From: a virus
Lineage: Duplodnaviria; Heunggongvirae; Uroviricota; Caudoviricetes
Strand: one strand, 5' to 3'
DNA: 64,000 nucleotides
Virus record (IMG/VR): IMGVR_UViG_3300028888_000044
Coordinates: 323,539-387,538 of that record
Part shown: piece after piece, positions 1-9,969 of the stretch
How positions within the stretch are numbered: position 1 is the first letter of the stretch
How the letters are laid out: every line of letters begins with the position of its first letter
Made by a program: the position numbers and the translations under genes
The notes under the pieces: model-generated
Seen by the model: only the letters and a program-made list of their open reading frames with translations
Databases searched by the model: none
Told to the model about the DNA's origin: nothing

Positions 1-473
1 TCCAAAACGGCTTTTCTGTTGTTACTGGCTTTAACAGAAAATACAACATAATCAACTCAAAAGGTGAGATAGTTCTACCTAATTGGTATCAAAACATATA
101 TATCTATGATAACGGACTTGCATCAGTGCAAGACCAAAATAAAATCAATTTCATTGATTTGAAACAAGATAACTTCTCATTTGTTTCAAATCAATGGTAT
201 GATTGGTGCGGCTATTCCTTCAACTTTAATCGAATGTGTGTTGGGATTGAAGGTAAAGATGGTTATATGTTTAACTACATTAACGAATATGGCGAAATCA
301 TATCTCCAAACATGTGGTTCAACAACTGTGATAAGCACTTTATAAAAGAGGATTACCAAAAATATCCATTAGTCGAAGTTAAATTATTCAATAAATGTAC
401 TATAAAATGTAACTTGATGGACATCAACGGAAATATAGTCTGTAAGGAATGGTTAGAACATAGAATATTTTAA
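1..473 (+). CDS. WG-repeat (KWG-like) protein, 5'-truncated by window edge
   Basis: Reading frame open from nt 3 with no stop; translated repeats of the form N..GxxVxPxWY/WF..G.A match the WG-repeat pattern in the giant ORF 48446..55591. Confidence 0.5.
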   Translation, partial: QNGFSVVTGFNRKYNIINSKGEIVLPNWYQNIYIYDNGLASVQDQNKINFIDLKQDNFSFVSNQWYDWCGYSFNFNRMCVGIEGKDGYMFNYINEYGEIISPNMWFNNCDKHFIKEDYQKYPLVEVKLFNKCTIKCNLMDINGNIVCKEWLEHRIF

Positions 474-551
474 TAAAATACTATCAGTTATATCATCAAA
501 AATATAATATAACTGGTAGTATTTATATTATATAAAACAATCAGCAATACT

Positions 552-950
552 ATGAGTAATAATTTAGATAACGCAATCAAGCAAGCTGTGCGCAAATCCA
601 TCAACGAGGCAAAGGATAGACACAGAGAAGGATATTGGAAAGAACGTTGGGCAAAACAAAAGGCTGAAAAGGAAAAGAAAATAGCCAACGGTGAAGATGT
701 ACCTAAAGAAAAGGATAGACATAGAAAAGGATATTACAGAGAATATAACAAGAAACATCCAGAAAGACTCAATAGAGGATATACAAAAGGCTATATAAAT
801 GGCAACGTCAACGATGGACTTGATATACCAGATAATTATGTAATTGGTTATGATGAATTCGGTAGACCTATTACAAACCACCCTCTGTCAGATATGCTTA
901 GAAACAAGGAAATGGAATGGCACGATGACGATTGGTGTGAAGATGATTAA
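552..950 (+). CDS. hypothetical protein (KDRHR-GYW repeats)
   Basis: ORF 132 aa; internal duplicated KDRHREGYWKE/KDRHRKGYYRE motif. Confidence 0.45.
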   Translation: MSNNLDNAIKQAVRKSINEAKDRHREGYWKERWAKQKAEKEKKIANGEDVPKEKDRHRKGYYREYNKKHPERLNRGYTKGYINGNVNDGLDIPDNYVIGYDEFGRPITNHPLSDMLRNKEMEWHDDDWCEDD

Positions 951-969
951 TAAATAAAGCCATAAACAT

Positions 970-1293
970 ATGTCAGCTAAAAAATATTGTTTCGATAAGA
1001 ATATAGAAAACTGTTATACTTGTATGTATATTGACGAATATGCATTCAACGTAAATGCAGAAGGACACATACCACACGGTTATGATGGTATGGCAGCTTG
1101 CTGCAAATTCAATGATGAAGAAAAAGAATCAGCAGAAAACAGAGAATTCATTTCCCCATTATGGGTTTCATGTGGCAAATATAAAAGATGCACTGAAAGA
1201 CAAGCAGACTATCTCGATATATTTGACAATAAAACACAACAAATAATCCCAAACCCTAACGATATATCAAAAATAACCGAAAACGAGGATTAA
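970..1293 (+). CDS. hypothetical Cys-rich protein
   Basis: ORF 107 aa, tightly spaced after previous gene. Confidence 0.45.
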   Translation: MSAKKYCFDKNIENCYTCMYIDEYAFNVNAEGHIPHGYDGMAACCKFNDEEKESAENREFISPLWVSCGKYKRCTERQADYLDIFDNKTQQIIPNPNDISKITENED

Positions 1294-1299
1294 AACAAT

Positions 1300-1614
1300 A
1301 TGGCAACAAATCACAATCAATCTGAAGACAATGATGATGTAAGAAAAGTGCTGCATCACGAATTTCTATTGAAGGTGCGTGAAAAAGCGTTTAGACACGG
1401 AGCACACAGATTCTTTAGTACATTTTTTCCAATAGAGCTTGATGATGGTACTGTTTGTACTATTCTGTCAGTAAAAATACCGCAAGAATGGTTTTTTATC
1501 AACGGTTCCCTTGTTAGAGCCAATTTCGTAATGATTGAGTCAAAAGAAAAAATAATTTGGTCTGATGATTTATCAATCAATGAATTGAAAAAATTAATGA
1601 AAATGTTCAAATAA
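1300..1614 (+). CDS. hypothetical protein
   Basis: ORF 104 aa followed by hairpin+T-run terminator at 1618..1656. Confidence 0.5.
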   Translation: MATNHNQSEDNDDVRKVLHHEFLLKVREKAFRHGAHRFFSTFFPIELDDGTVCTILSVKIPQEWFFINGSLVRANFVMIESKEKIIWSDDLSINELKKLMKMFK

Positions 1615-1617
1615 AAA

Positions 1618-1656
1618 CAACCAATAACAAATATTGGTTGTTTTTATTTTTTTTTA
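1618..1656 (+). terminator. rho-independent terminator
   Basis: caaccaataacaaatattggttg hairpin followed by T-run. Confidence 0.6.
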
Positions 1657-1690
1657 ACACTTTTTACTTGCATATTATAAAAATATTTAA

Positions 1691-1698
1691 TACCTTTG
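1691..1698 (+). promoter_or_regulatory. Bacteroidota-type -7 box TAccTTTG
   Basis: TAnnTTTG 27 nt upstream of ATG 1725. The upstream stretch tttttaacactttttacttgcata..tataaaaat recurs at 7217..7262 ahead of another promoter. Confidence 0.55.
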
Positions 1699-1724
1699 CA
1701 ATATAAAAATTAGTAATAACTGAT

Positions 1725-1928
1725 ATGGCAACACGTTGCGAAAAATGTAATATCTGTAAATTTCATAGTTGGGACTTGGAAACTCAAGAAGGCGATGAAA
1801 GATGGATAGATTATTGCACAAACAAAAAGCATTGCTCAAATGGTAACTTGTTTGAAATAAGACAACATTCAACTTGGACAAAAGTACCAATTTACCAATA
1901 TGAAAAAAAGAATCAAGAAGAAGGGTGA
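1725..1928 (+). CDS. hypothetical CxxC protein
   Basis: ORF 67 aa with CEKCNIC motif; promoter upstream. Confidence 0.4.
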   Translation: MATRCEKCNICKFHSWDLETQEGDERWIDYCTNKKHCSNGNLFEIRQHSTWTKVPIYQYEKKNQEEG

Positions 1929-2166
1929 ATGCGCACATTACTATCTTGGTGACGCATTCCTTGTAACAGATGACCCATACCCGATATATAACTACGAACA
2001 CTATTGCAAACTCGGCAAGTTCAATTGGACATGGGGAAATCATTCAGACGAAAAATTGCCTTGCAATAAATGCAAAAGGTTCAAGCTGTCAATGGCAAAA
2101 CAGAGAGAAAACGTCAGAAAATATAAGGAGTGGAGAAAAATACGCAACGGTATCGAATATTTATAA
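1900..2166 (+). CDS. hypothetical Cys-rich protein
   Basis: ORF 88 aa, overlaps preceding ORF by 29 nt. Confidence 0.4.
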   Translation: MKKRIKKKGECAHYYLGDAFLVTDDPYPIYNYEHYCKLGKFNWTWGNHSDEKLPCNKCKRFKLSMAKQRENVRKYKEWRKIRNGIEYL

Positions 2167-2187
2167 CCCAATACAGATAACACAACT

Positions 2188-2436
2188 ATGGAAAAAAAGA
2201 CAATAGTTTGCGATGCATGCGGAAGTGAAAAGAATGTCCATTCTTTACAAATGCCAGTGTTGCGCAAATACGATTCTACCGAAGGTAGAACTTCTTTTCA
2301 ACCAATGGCACTTCGTTTGAGAGAAATCGACCTTTGCGAAGATTGTTTGCGCAAAAGTACAAACATCATCGACCTAACCATAATGGGATATGGTGAAGTC
2401 AAGATTGTCGAGAACAAAGGGCTAAAAGATTTATAA
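2188..2436 (+). CDS. zinc-ribbon protein
   Basis: CDACGS...CEDC two CxxC pairs. Confidence 0.5.
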   Translation: MEKKTIVCDACGSEKNVHSLQMPVLRKYDSTEGRTSFQPMALRLREIDLCEDCLRKSTNIIDLTIMGYGEVKIVENKGLKDL

Positions 2437-2449
2437 CCCAATTAAGAAT

Positions 2450-2866
2450 ATGGACAAAAAAATTAACGAAGACTATGTGAGCTTTGAGGTAGCAAAGATG
2501 CTCAAGGAAAAAGGATTCAATGTGAATGATTGTAAAAATTCCCCTAATTATGCTTATAATAAAAATGGAGTATTTTCTGGTCCATCATGGGATACTGAGT
2601 ACTATGCTCCAACTCAACAAATGGTTATAAAGTGGTTGAGGACAGTATATAATTTGTGCGTTTTTGTTTTTCCATCATATGTTGACCAACATTTTCATAA
2701 CGGATGGGCTTTGTATCCAGAGTGTGATGGCAAGTGGGAATGGTGCGCATCCAAGAACGATGGCAGTATTGCAACATTTGGTTATGACGTAAATGGTCAC
2801 TATTTCAATTCACCTGAAGAAGCAACAAATGAACTGATACTTTATGCTCTAGAAAACTTTGTATAA
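2450..2866 (+). CDS. hypothetical protein with N-terminal SF.EAxxLKExGF motif
   Basis: Motif VSFEVAKMLKEKGF shared with ORFs 3379..3648 and 42171..42812. Confidence 0.5.
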   Translation: MDKKINEDYVSFEVAKMLKEKGFNVNDCKNSPNYAYNKNGVFSGPSWDTEYYAPTQQMVIKWLRTVYNLCVFVFPSYVDQHFHNGWALYPECDGKWEWCASKNDGSIATFGYDVNGHYFNSPEEATNELILYALENFV

Positions 2867-2885
2867 TTATAAAACATTTAATAAT

Positions 2886-3041
2886 ATGGATGAAAAAACA
2901 ACTGTAACGGTAATAAGCGGTGTTGAAGGCTATTCTGTTTACATAAACAATTATCGAATAGCAGGAAATAAACCGTGGGGTGGAGGAAAAGTTGTCTGCG
3001 AGTTCAAAGTTGACAAGCAAACAATCATTGACCGTTTATAA
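2886..3041 (+). CDS. hypothetical small protein
   Basis: ORF MDEKTTVTV..., alternative start of track ORF 2859..3041. Confidence 0.35.
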   Translation: MDEKTTVTVISGVEGYSVYINNYRIAGNKPWGGGKVVCEFKVDKQTIIDRL

Positions 3042-3132
3042 CACAACAAATAACACGACTATGAACAAGAAAGACAATTACGAAGACTACGATAAGACTT
3101 ATTGGGATTTTGACGATTAACAAGCACCCTAA

Positions 3133-3360
3133 ATGAGCCATTTAGATACAAGAGGTGCTGTTCACCTTAAAGAGAGAAGTTGGTATAATCACAATTATTA
3201 TCAACTACAGAATGGAAACGTCATTCTTGAAAAATGTGATGATGACACTGTTTTCTCTTATTATCTTGTTGGTGAGAAAACTGAATATTTGGGCGATTAT
3301 TATTATGAGTCTATATTCGTATTGCAACAAGGTTTATATGAATTAGATGTGACGTGCTAA
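3133..3360 (+). CDS. hypothetical protein
   Basis: ORF 75 aa. Confidence 0.4.
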   Translation: MSHLDTRGAVHLKERSWYNHNYYQLQNGNVILEKCDDDTVFSYYLVGEKTEYLGDYYYESIFVLQQGLYELDVTC

Positions 3361-3378
3361 TTATTCTTATATCATCAA

Positions 3379-3648
3379 ATGGATAATATAGTTAGTTTCA
3401 AGGAGGCTATATACTTGAAAGAGGTTGGTTTTAATGGCAAGTGTAATGGTTATTATTATTGCGATAGTAGTGCAGACAGCCTTACAGATGAAGATAGATA
3501 TGAATGTGCAGATAACGGCAAGTTATTCAAAAATTCAGATTCTTTATGCCGTGTTGCTGCGCCATTGGTAAAGTCTGCAAATAAATGGTATTCCAAAAAC
3601 AATATCATACCATTTGAACTCTTGCCTATTTCTAACCCAATTAATTAA
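3379..3648 (+). CDS. hypothetical protein with SF.EAxxLKExGF motif
   Basis: MDNIVSFKEAIYLKEVGFNG shares N-terminal motif with 2450..2866. Confidence 0.45.
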   Translation: MDNIVSFKEAIYLKEVGFNGKCNGYYYCDSSADSLTDEDRYECADNGKLFKNSDSLCRVAAPLVKSANKWYSKNNIIPFELLPISNPIN

Positions 3649-3812
3649 CAAAATATGGAAAATATCGAATTGTTGTTCACAATGCCAAGTGTGAAAGAAC
3701 CAGAAATCATCTATCCACTTGGATGGAGCAAGGACGGTCAAGCACAAAGGAGAGAAAGAAGAAGAAATTCCAAGAAGAATAAAAGCCGTTGGCACATTTC
3801 CCAATAAAACAA

Positions 3813-4073
3813 ATGATTACAACTATAACTAAAAACCAACAAAATAGTGTTTGGCATACCCCAAAAGACAACCCACCACAAGAGGGAAAGAAAATCATTT
3901 TCCTTTGGGGAGAAGGTAACAACATAAAAGACCTCAATCAAAATATGGGTGTCTTAACAACAGCATTTAGAGATATTAAAATTGTACGTGGTGATGGTGG
4001 ATGGAAAACATGGCTGTTTGAAAATGTCAAACTTTGGGCTTATGTTGAAGATTTATTACCCGAATCAATCTAA
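3813..4073 (+). CDS. hypothetical protein
   Basis: ORF; start chosen at MITTIT to avoid overlap. Confidence 0.35.
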   Translation: MITTITKNQQNSVWHTPKDNPPQEGKKIIFLWGEGNNIKDLNQNMGVLTTAFRDIKIVRGDGGWKTWLFENVKLWAYVEDLLPESI

Positions 4074-4085
4074 CAATTACTTAAA

Positions 4086-4458
4086 TATGGAACAAGATAA
4101 AATCAATTTATTGATAAAGGAGCTTTGTACAAGACAACCTTATGACTTGAAAGTCGTATATGATGGTAAAATTAAGCGTGTAGACTATATTGAACCACAG
4201 TATAATGAAATTAAATTAGAGGGTTTCAATTTTACTGTCGGAATCGAAGAAATTAAAATCTGCCTTCGCCCAAAGAGTTCAATGACTGAAGACGAAGAAA
4301 AAGAATACCATAATCTGTGCATTGAAACAGAAATAGAAGATAGAAATACCCTCGAATATAAAACGGTCTATTATGATACAGTACAATCATTGGATTATCT
4401 TAACGAAAAGATGATTGACTACCGTGACTTGCTTGGCCAAGACCTCGCTGTTTGCTAA
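4086..4458 (+). CDS. hypothetical protein
   Basis: ORF starting MEQDKINLL (internal start of track ORF 3982..4458). Confidence 0.45.
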
Positions 4459-4636
4459 CAAACTTTTATAGCTATGCCAACAAATCAAGAAAAATTAATC
4501 CAAGAGATTAAAGATGCGGTAGCAAAATATTGCCACGAAACTGGTGACTACTACTTTAGATGCGCAGTATCAGTTGATGTGTTCGGAACAATTGACGTTG
4601 ATATTATGTCGTAACTTATCAAAAAATATATCTGAT

Positions 4637-4828
4637 ATGGCAACAATAATTCAATCCAAGGAACAACAACCAAAGGAAAATCATAGAATCACAACTTGCT
4701 CATTTTGCCATTCTATTATAGACTACACACTTGATGATGTGCATTATTTCCAATTAGCAAAGTTTGATTACATCTTTTGCCCAAAATGCAAAGATTGGAT
4801 TGGTGTCAAACCTTGGTCAATTAATTAG
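4637..4828 (+). CDS. zinc-ribbon protein
   Basis: CSFCHS...CPKC. Confidence 0.4.
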   Translation: MATIIQSKEQQPKENHRITTCSFCHSIIDYTLDDVHYFQLAKFDYIFCPKCKDWIGVKPWSIN

Positions 4829-5147
4829 ATGAAAATATAACAACAACATATCCGAGTACGTATAGGGTATGGCTTACAAAGGCGCAGTCCAAACATCTGT
4901 AGCGCAAAAGATGCCTTGGTTTCGGTGCAACTCCGCTGCAAGAACGCCATGTCTTTAGTTTAGTGACAGAACAGTGTAAGTGTTGTTTTTTATACTTTGA
5001 ACAAAAAGAACAACAAAAAAATTATGGCAAAATTACATATACCAACTTGTTTTGAGGCGAATATACAAAGAACAGTAGAAAATGACCCTCAAATGTGTTA
5101 CATTGCACAAAAAATAGTTGATACTATTAATGAAAAAGTTAAAATAA

Positions 5148-5564
5148 ATGTATAAAAATATGGAAGAATACGGTTATGATTATGTAAAAATTACTGATAA
5201 GAGACACCCATCTAGTTTCATTTATGGTGTTTTCTTTAACGGTTATGAACATCCATGTGTCGGTTGCTTATTAATGTCAGAAAATTTTCCACCACTAATT
5301 CAAAAAGACATGGTAGAAAACCGTTTAAATAGTAATCAATGGGAAAACGGTTATTGGGTTGAAGTTGTACCAAAATCAGAAGTGCTTGAATTTAAAAGAC
5401 GAAAAATGGAGGAAATGGAGTCAGATTACACAAATAAACTTAAAAACTTGAAAGAACAAAAATTAAATTTGGCTCTTGAAAACCCATTGCAATTAGTTAA
5501 TAATTTGTCGAAATATGAGGATATAATAGCAATCAATGGGAAAAGGTTTGTTGTCAAAATTTAA
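5148..5564 (+). CDS. paralog family B protein (YxYVK / PKSEV / coiled C-terminus)
   Basis: Similar to 5580..5900 and to the four tandem genes 37734..38949. Confidence 0.55.
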   Translation: MYKNMEEYGYDYVKITDKRHPSSFIYGVFFNGYEHPCVGCLLMSENFPPLIQKDMVENRLNSNQWENGYWVEVVPKSEVLEFKRRKMEEMESDYTNKLKNLKEQKLNLALENPLQLVNNLSKYEDIIAINGKRFVVKI

Positions 5565-5579
5565 ACACATAAAATTTAT

Positions 5580-5900
5580 ATGGAAGGTAATTATCAATAC
5601 GTAAAACTAACAGAACAACATTTTGGTGTCAATCAAATCAAATATGGTGTTGTAGATTCAAATGGTATTTTGTACATTGATGGAACATGGCATAATTTGA
5701 ATACTTATCTAGAAAGCCGTTCACAATTCTATATAGACTACCAAATTGTTTCAAAATCAGAAGTTCTTGAAAGCAAAATTAAACACATTGACGAACAAAT
5801 ACAAGTTCTTCAAGACAGAAAACTCAAACTTGCGCTTGAAAAACCAGAAAAACTAGCATTTTTTGACACTGTTTTATTTTCAGAAAACGAAATATATTAA
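5580..5900 (+). CDS. paralog family B protein
   Basis: MEGNYQYVKLTE...SKSEVLESKIKHIDEQIQVLQDRKLKL resembles 37734..38036. Confidence 0.55.
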   Translation: MEGNYQYVKLTEQHFGVNQIKYGVVDSNGILYIDGTWHNLNTYLESRSQFYIDYQIVSKSEVLESKIKHIDEQIQVLQDRKLKLALEKPEKLAFFDTVLFSENEIY

Positions 5901-6200
5901 AAGAGTTATGATTACATTACAAGGAAAATAGTTGATACTATTAATGAAAAAGTTAAAATAAATGAACCAGCAACGGGTATTTGTTGTGAATTTTGGATAG
6001 ATAGTGAAATTACCAAACATGAAGAAATTACAATAGAACAACTGTTTAGAAATTATGGATGGAAACTAGAAATCAAAAAAATTAAAACTAGTCAAACATT
6101 GTTTGGAAAACAACAATACCTTTATAACATTTATATTTACCATAACTTGTTTCCTAAGCCATAAAAATAGTAAAAAAGAACAAACTGAAAATATATCAAT

Positions 6201-6491
6201 ATGACATTTGGTGAATTATATGCAAAAGTAAAAGTAAATGAACCTTTTACCATTTACAAGGAATTGTCTTCCGTTCGATATGAAGAAAGGAAAGCAGTTA
6301 TTTGTAAAAAAAATGAAGATTGTTTCTGTTTTTGCTTGCTGCAAAGAAACAGTACAAAAATGGCTGTTGGTACTGGATGGGAGGTCAGAAAGTGGGATTG
6401 GGACAAGGAAAACATTGCCTCATTCTATTTGAACAAGCCAAAAAATGCTACAATTGTCAAGAAAATCACTAAAACAATTGTTGTCGGCTGA
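6201..6491 (+). CDS. hypothetical protein
   Basis: ORF 96 aa. Confidence 0.4.
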   Translation: MTFGELYAKVKVNEPFTIYKELSSVRYEERKAVICKKNEDCFCFCLLQRNSTKMAVGTGWEVRKWDWDKENIASFYLNKPKNATIVKKITKTIVVG

Positions 6492-6542
6492 ATCAATATA
6501 CCGTACATTTTTTTGAAAAAAATAGTAAAAAAAAAACAAATT

Positions 6543-6848
6543 ATGAACAAATTCCTTGACAAACTTTCAAACGATTTCAGATTGATGATTCTGTTCACAA
6601 TCACAATCTCACTCCTTTTATTCCTTCTGTTTGGAGGATGCACAAGAAATCAACGTACAAGATTCTTCGGCGCTCAACAAGAAATCAACTTGCCACCAAA
6701 CCAAAAACTCATTGACGCGCACTTCAATGACGCAAGCTTGTGGATTCTGACAGAGGACATGGATGACGAATACACCCCAAAGACAAAGTATCTGACAGAA
6801 AAGTCAAGCTTCCTAGAAGGTAAGGTAATATTCCACGAACATAGGTAA
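6543..6848 (+). CDS. membrane-anchored hypothetical protein
   Basis: N-terminal hydrophobic segment LMILFTITISLLLFLLFGGC; terminator 6866..6900. Confidence 0.45.
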   Translation: MNKFLDKLSNDFRLMILFTITISLLLFLLFGGCTRNQRTRFFGAQQEINLPPNQKLIDAHFNDASLWILTEDMDDEYTPKTKYLTEKSSFLEGKVIFHEHR

Positions 6849-6969
6849 TAACTACAAAAAAGTCAACAACCAATAATTAAGTTGGTTGTTTTTTTTTGTT
6901 TTTTTAAAATTTTTATATATATTTGTAATGTATATAAAACTAAATTATTCATTTCAAGTGTGCAAAAAT

Positions 6970-7179
6970 ATGGATAAGCAAAGGAGAGACAATACTGTCT
7001 TTATCATTGCAAAAAGAGTAGGTTATTACGACAAATATACTTACTCTTATCGTTTCACTGATTGGGAATTTGACTATGACCATCCATACTATTTCCGAGA
7101 TGAGGCATATGAAGTCCTTATGTACAAAAGAAATCATTCTGACGGTCATACGGAGTACAAATGTGATGAAAGGATATAA
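6970..7179 (+). CDS. hypothetical protein
   Basis: ORF starting MDKQRRDN; terminator downstream. Confidence 0.4.
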   Translation: MDKQRRDNTVFIIAKRVGYYDKYTYSYRFTDWEFDYDHPYYFRDEAYEVLMYKRNHSDGHTEYKCDERI

Positions 7180-7262
7180 CAAAAATAAAAACAATCAATA
7201 ATTAAGTTGGTTGTTTTTTGTTTTTTTAACACTTTTTACTTGCATAATATAAAAATTATAGC

Positions 7263-7270
7263 TACCTTTG
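7263..7270 (+). promoter_or_regulatory. -7 box TAccTTTG
   Basis: 30 nt upstream of ATG 7300; conserved upstream block shared with 1651..1690. Confidence 0.55.
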
Positions 7271-7299
7271 CACCATCAAAATTAATAATAAAATAAATT

Positions 7300-7656
7300 A
7301 TGAAAAAATTATTTACTTTACTTGCAGTCATTGCATTGGCTATTACATTGGCATCGTGTGTTGAAAAAAACAAGGAATTGTATAAGGTCACAGACCATTT
7401 CGTTACAGAATTATCCACCACTTACGAACATTACGATATATTCGGTCACTATTCCACATATACCGAAGGAGGTGAATATCAAGTTACTCCAATCGTCAGA
7501 CTCATTGTGGTACGTATCGAAAAGAACCCAACAGATAAGAAGTATAACGACTTGGTTAAAACATTGAAAAAACATTACAAGAATGACGCTCGTGTAAACG
7601 ATGTATATCGAAACCAAGGAGGAACTGTTGTTATTGATTGTAGACATAAATATTAA
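7300..7656 (+). CDS. putative lipoprotein
   Basis: Signal peptide with lipobox MKKLFTLLAVIALAITLASC. Confidence 0.55.
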   Translation: MKKLFTLLAVIALAITLASCVEKNKELYKVTDHFVTELSTTYEHYDIFGHYSTYTEGGEYQVTPIVRLIVVRIEKNPTDKKYNDLVKTLKKHYKNDARVNDVYRNQGGTVVIDCRHKY

Positions 7657-7680
7657 TTTAAAAAAAAACAAAAAAAAATT

Positions 7681-8157
7681 ATGAAAAAGATTATGCTTTT
7701 TATCACACTCGTAGTGTGTTTAGTAACAAATGTTAATGCTCAAGTACTTTCATATGAAGAATGGAAGGAAGTCGCAAAAGATGCAAGGGTAATTCACTTT
7801 TACTCTGAAATCAATGAAAATGATTCAGTCCTTGATTTACGTTACCTTGACCACGGAATAATGTGCTGCAAATATTGTATCGGTCACTTGTCAGTGGATA
7901 ACGATATAAATGAAATGTTTCAGACTCTATATAATAAGGTTAACAGCTATAATGCAACCAAATGTTATAACTTGTTTTATAAAGTAAGTAACTTGTTGCT
8001 TGAAAATCATGAGTTATGGCTTCAACACTTGAAAAGTAATAATTGCAGAAGAGGAAGTATGGATGGAGCTATGTATATGATAATTGCAAGAGAGTCATTG
8101 GAACGCTGTGATGCACAACACGACATAACATATAGAAAGATAATGTCTCATCTTTAA
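7681..8157 (+). CDS. secreted hypothetical protein
   Basis: Signal peptide MKKIMLFITLVVCLVTNVNAQ. Confidence 0.5.
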   Translation: MKKIMLFITLVVCLVTNVNAQVLSYEEWKEVAKDARVIHFYSEINENDSVLDLRYLDHGIMCCKYCIGHLSVDNDINEMFQTLYNKVNSYNATKCYNLFYKVSNLLLENHELWLQHLKSNNCRRGSMDGAMYMIIARESLERCDAQHDITYRKIMSHL

Positions 8158-8241
8158 TGAGTTTTATTCACACTTAACTTAACACAAGAAACAGTAAATA
8201 ACTTGAAACTTGATTCATAAACTTAATTTACTATATTTTAT

Positions 8242-9369
8242 ATGGATGAGCAAATAAAAATGTTCATCCATATTTTTATGGGTATTATTAAATGGAATTA
8301 CGAAACTTGTTATAATGAAGCCAAGAAATATGAAACTAAATCTGATTTTGAAAAAGGTAGTAGAGGTGCATATAAATCGGCTTTAAAAAACAAATGGCTC
8401 GATAACTATACTTGGTTTATTGATGGAAATAAAAGAGCATTATTAAAACGAACTTTATGGAATAAAGAAACTTGTTATAAAGAAGCACAGAAATACAAAA
8501 CAAAAAGTGAATTTAAATATGGTTCTAATGGGGCATATAATGTTGCTAGAAAAAACAAATGGCTTGATGACTATACTTGGTTTGAAAATGGACGTAAATT
8601 ATTTGCTGAAAAAATTACGAAATGGACATATGACAAATGTCTTGAAGAAAGTAAAAAATATAGTTCAAGAAAAGAATTCTGTGACGGTTCTGTTGGTGCT
8701 TATACAAGAGCGTTGAATAATAATTGGTTAGATGATTTTACTTGGTTGAAAAATGAAAATATGTGGTCAGACCAAGTTGATTCTGTATATGGCTATTTCT
8801 TCGAAGATAACAGCGTGTATATAGGAAGAACTTTAATGCGTTGCCAAAGAAAAAGAGATTTACAGCATATTTTTGAGCCAACAGATGCAGTACATATTTA
8901 TGCCAAAGAACACAATTTTTCAGTACCTCAAATGACAATATTAGAAGATAATCTAACAATTGAAGAAGGTAGTAAAAAAGAAGGCTATTGGGTTGAATAC
9001 TACAAAAAACATAATTACAATGTGATAAACAGATGTAAAACTGGAGGTATTGGTTCATTAGGTAGAGGAATATGGAATAAAGAAAGATGCTATGAAGAAG
9101 CCAAAAAATACAAGGCAAGAATTGATTTTCTTTCTAACAACAAAAGTGCATATAAAGCAGCATGGAAAAATGGTTGGCTTAAAGATTACAAATGGTTTGG
9201 GAATATGAGGAAATCACTTAATTATTGGAATAAAGAAAGATGCCATGAAGAAGCCAATAAATATAAAAAAAGAGGTGATTTTGCCAAATATTGCGGTTGT
9301 GCATATAATGTAGCAAGGAGAAACAAATGGCTTGATGAATTCTATCCAAAAAATACACAAAATAACTAA
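8242..9369 (+). CDS. GIY-YIG homing-endonuclease-like protein with flanking ~43-aa repeats
   Basis: VYGYFFEDNSVYIGRT...R..RDLQH GIY-YIG motif. About 7 copies of a KW.YE.C..EAKKY.TK.DF....AY..A.KNKWLDDYTWF repeat surround it. Confidence 0.6.
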   Translation: MDEQIKMFIHIFMGIIKWNYETCYNEAKKYETKSDFEKGSRGAYKSALKNKWLDNYTWFIDGNKRALLKRTLWNKETCYKEAQKYKTKSEFKYGSNGAYNVARKNKWLDDYTWFENGRKLFAEKITKWTYDKCLEESKKYSSRKEFCDGSVGAYTRALNNNWLDDFTWLKNENMWSDQVDSVYGYFFEDNSVYIGRTLMRCQRKRDLQHIFEPTDAVHIYAKEHNFSVPQMTILEDNLTIEEGSKKEGYWVEYYKKHNYNVINRCKTGGIGSLGRGIWNKERCYEEAKKYKARIDFLSNNKSAYKAAWKNGWLKDYKWFGNMRKSLNYWNKERCHEEANKYKKRGDFAKYCGCAYNVARRNKWLDEFYPKNTQNN

Positions 9370-9385
9370 ATACACATAACACAAG

Positions 9386-9425
9386 AAACAGTCAAAATCA
9401 GTAAAAAAAACTGTTTCTTGTGTAT
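9386..9425 (+). terminator. rho-independent terminator
   Basis: cacaagaaacagt...actgtttcttgtg hairpin + T-run. Confidence 0.6.
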
Positions 9426-9534
9426 TTTCTGGTAATTTTTTGAAAATTTCAGGAAAAAATTAAAAATTTTGAAAAAAATAAAAAAAAATTAGTCAGACCA
9501 TTAAAATCTGACTAATTAAAGGGGGTCATCCATA

Positions 9535-9912
9535 TTAACATCTATAATATAATAGGTTGATTTTCAGTGTTTTATTGATATTATCGATATGTTCTTTAGA
9601 GAGTGTTTTACCGAGATAGCGCATGAATTGCATATCGTTATTATACCAGAAGTTCCAGCCTTCATAAGTATTATCCCAAGATAGGGTAGTGTTAATGAAA
9701 TCTGTTCTATTTTTTTCAATCATGTAAGGCAGATAAAATTTGATGACATTTTGAATATTCATTTCAACTTTTTTATCTTTCTTAAAGAAGTTGTTTACTC
9801 TGGATAATACGTTTTTGTTTTTTACATTATTGACGAATTTATCTGACAGACCATTTTGACTAAGGAAACTGATAAACAAATGAATAAGTAATTTAGTATA
9901 ATATTCTTTCAT
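9535..9912 (-). CDS. hypothetical protein
   Basis: ORF 125 aa; the 18-bp palindrome lies 34 nt upstream of its ATG. Confidence 0.45.
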   Translation of the reverse strand: MKEYYTKLLIHLFISFLSQNGLSDKFVNNVKNKNVLSRVNNFFKKDKKVEMNIQNVIKFYLPYMIEKNRTDFINTTLSWDNTYEGWNFWYNNDMQFMRYLGKTLSKEHIDNINKTLKINLLYYRC

Positions 9913-9945
9913 AATTATAATTAAATAAATGGTTATATATATTTA

Positions 9946-9963
9946 GGTACTTAATTAAGTACC
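9946..9963. repeat. 18-bp perfect palindrome GGTACTTAATTAAGTACC (copy 1)
   Basis: Exact match, 34 nt upstream of minus-strand ATG at 9912. Confidence 0.9.
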
Positions 9964-9969
9964 CTATTT

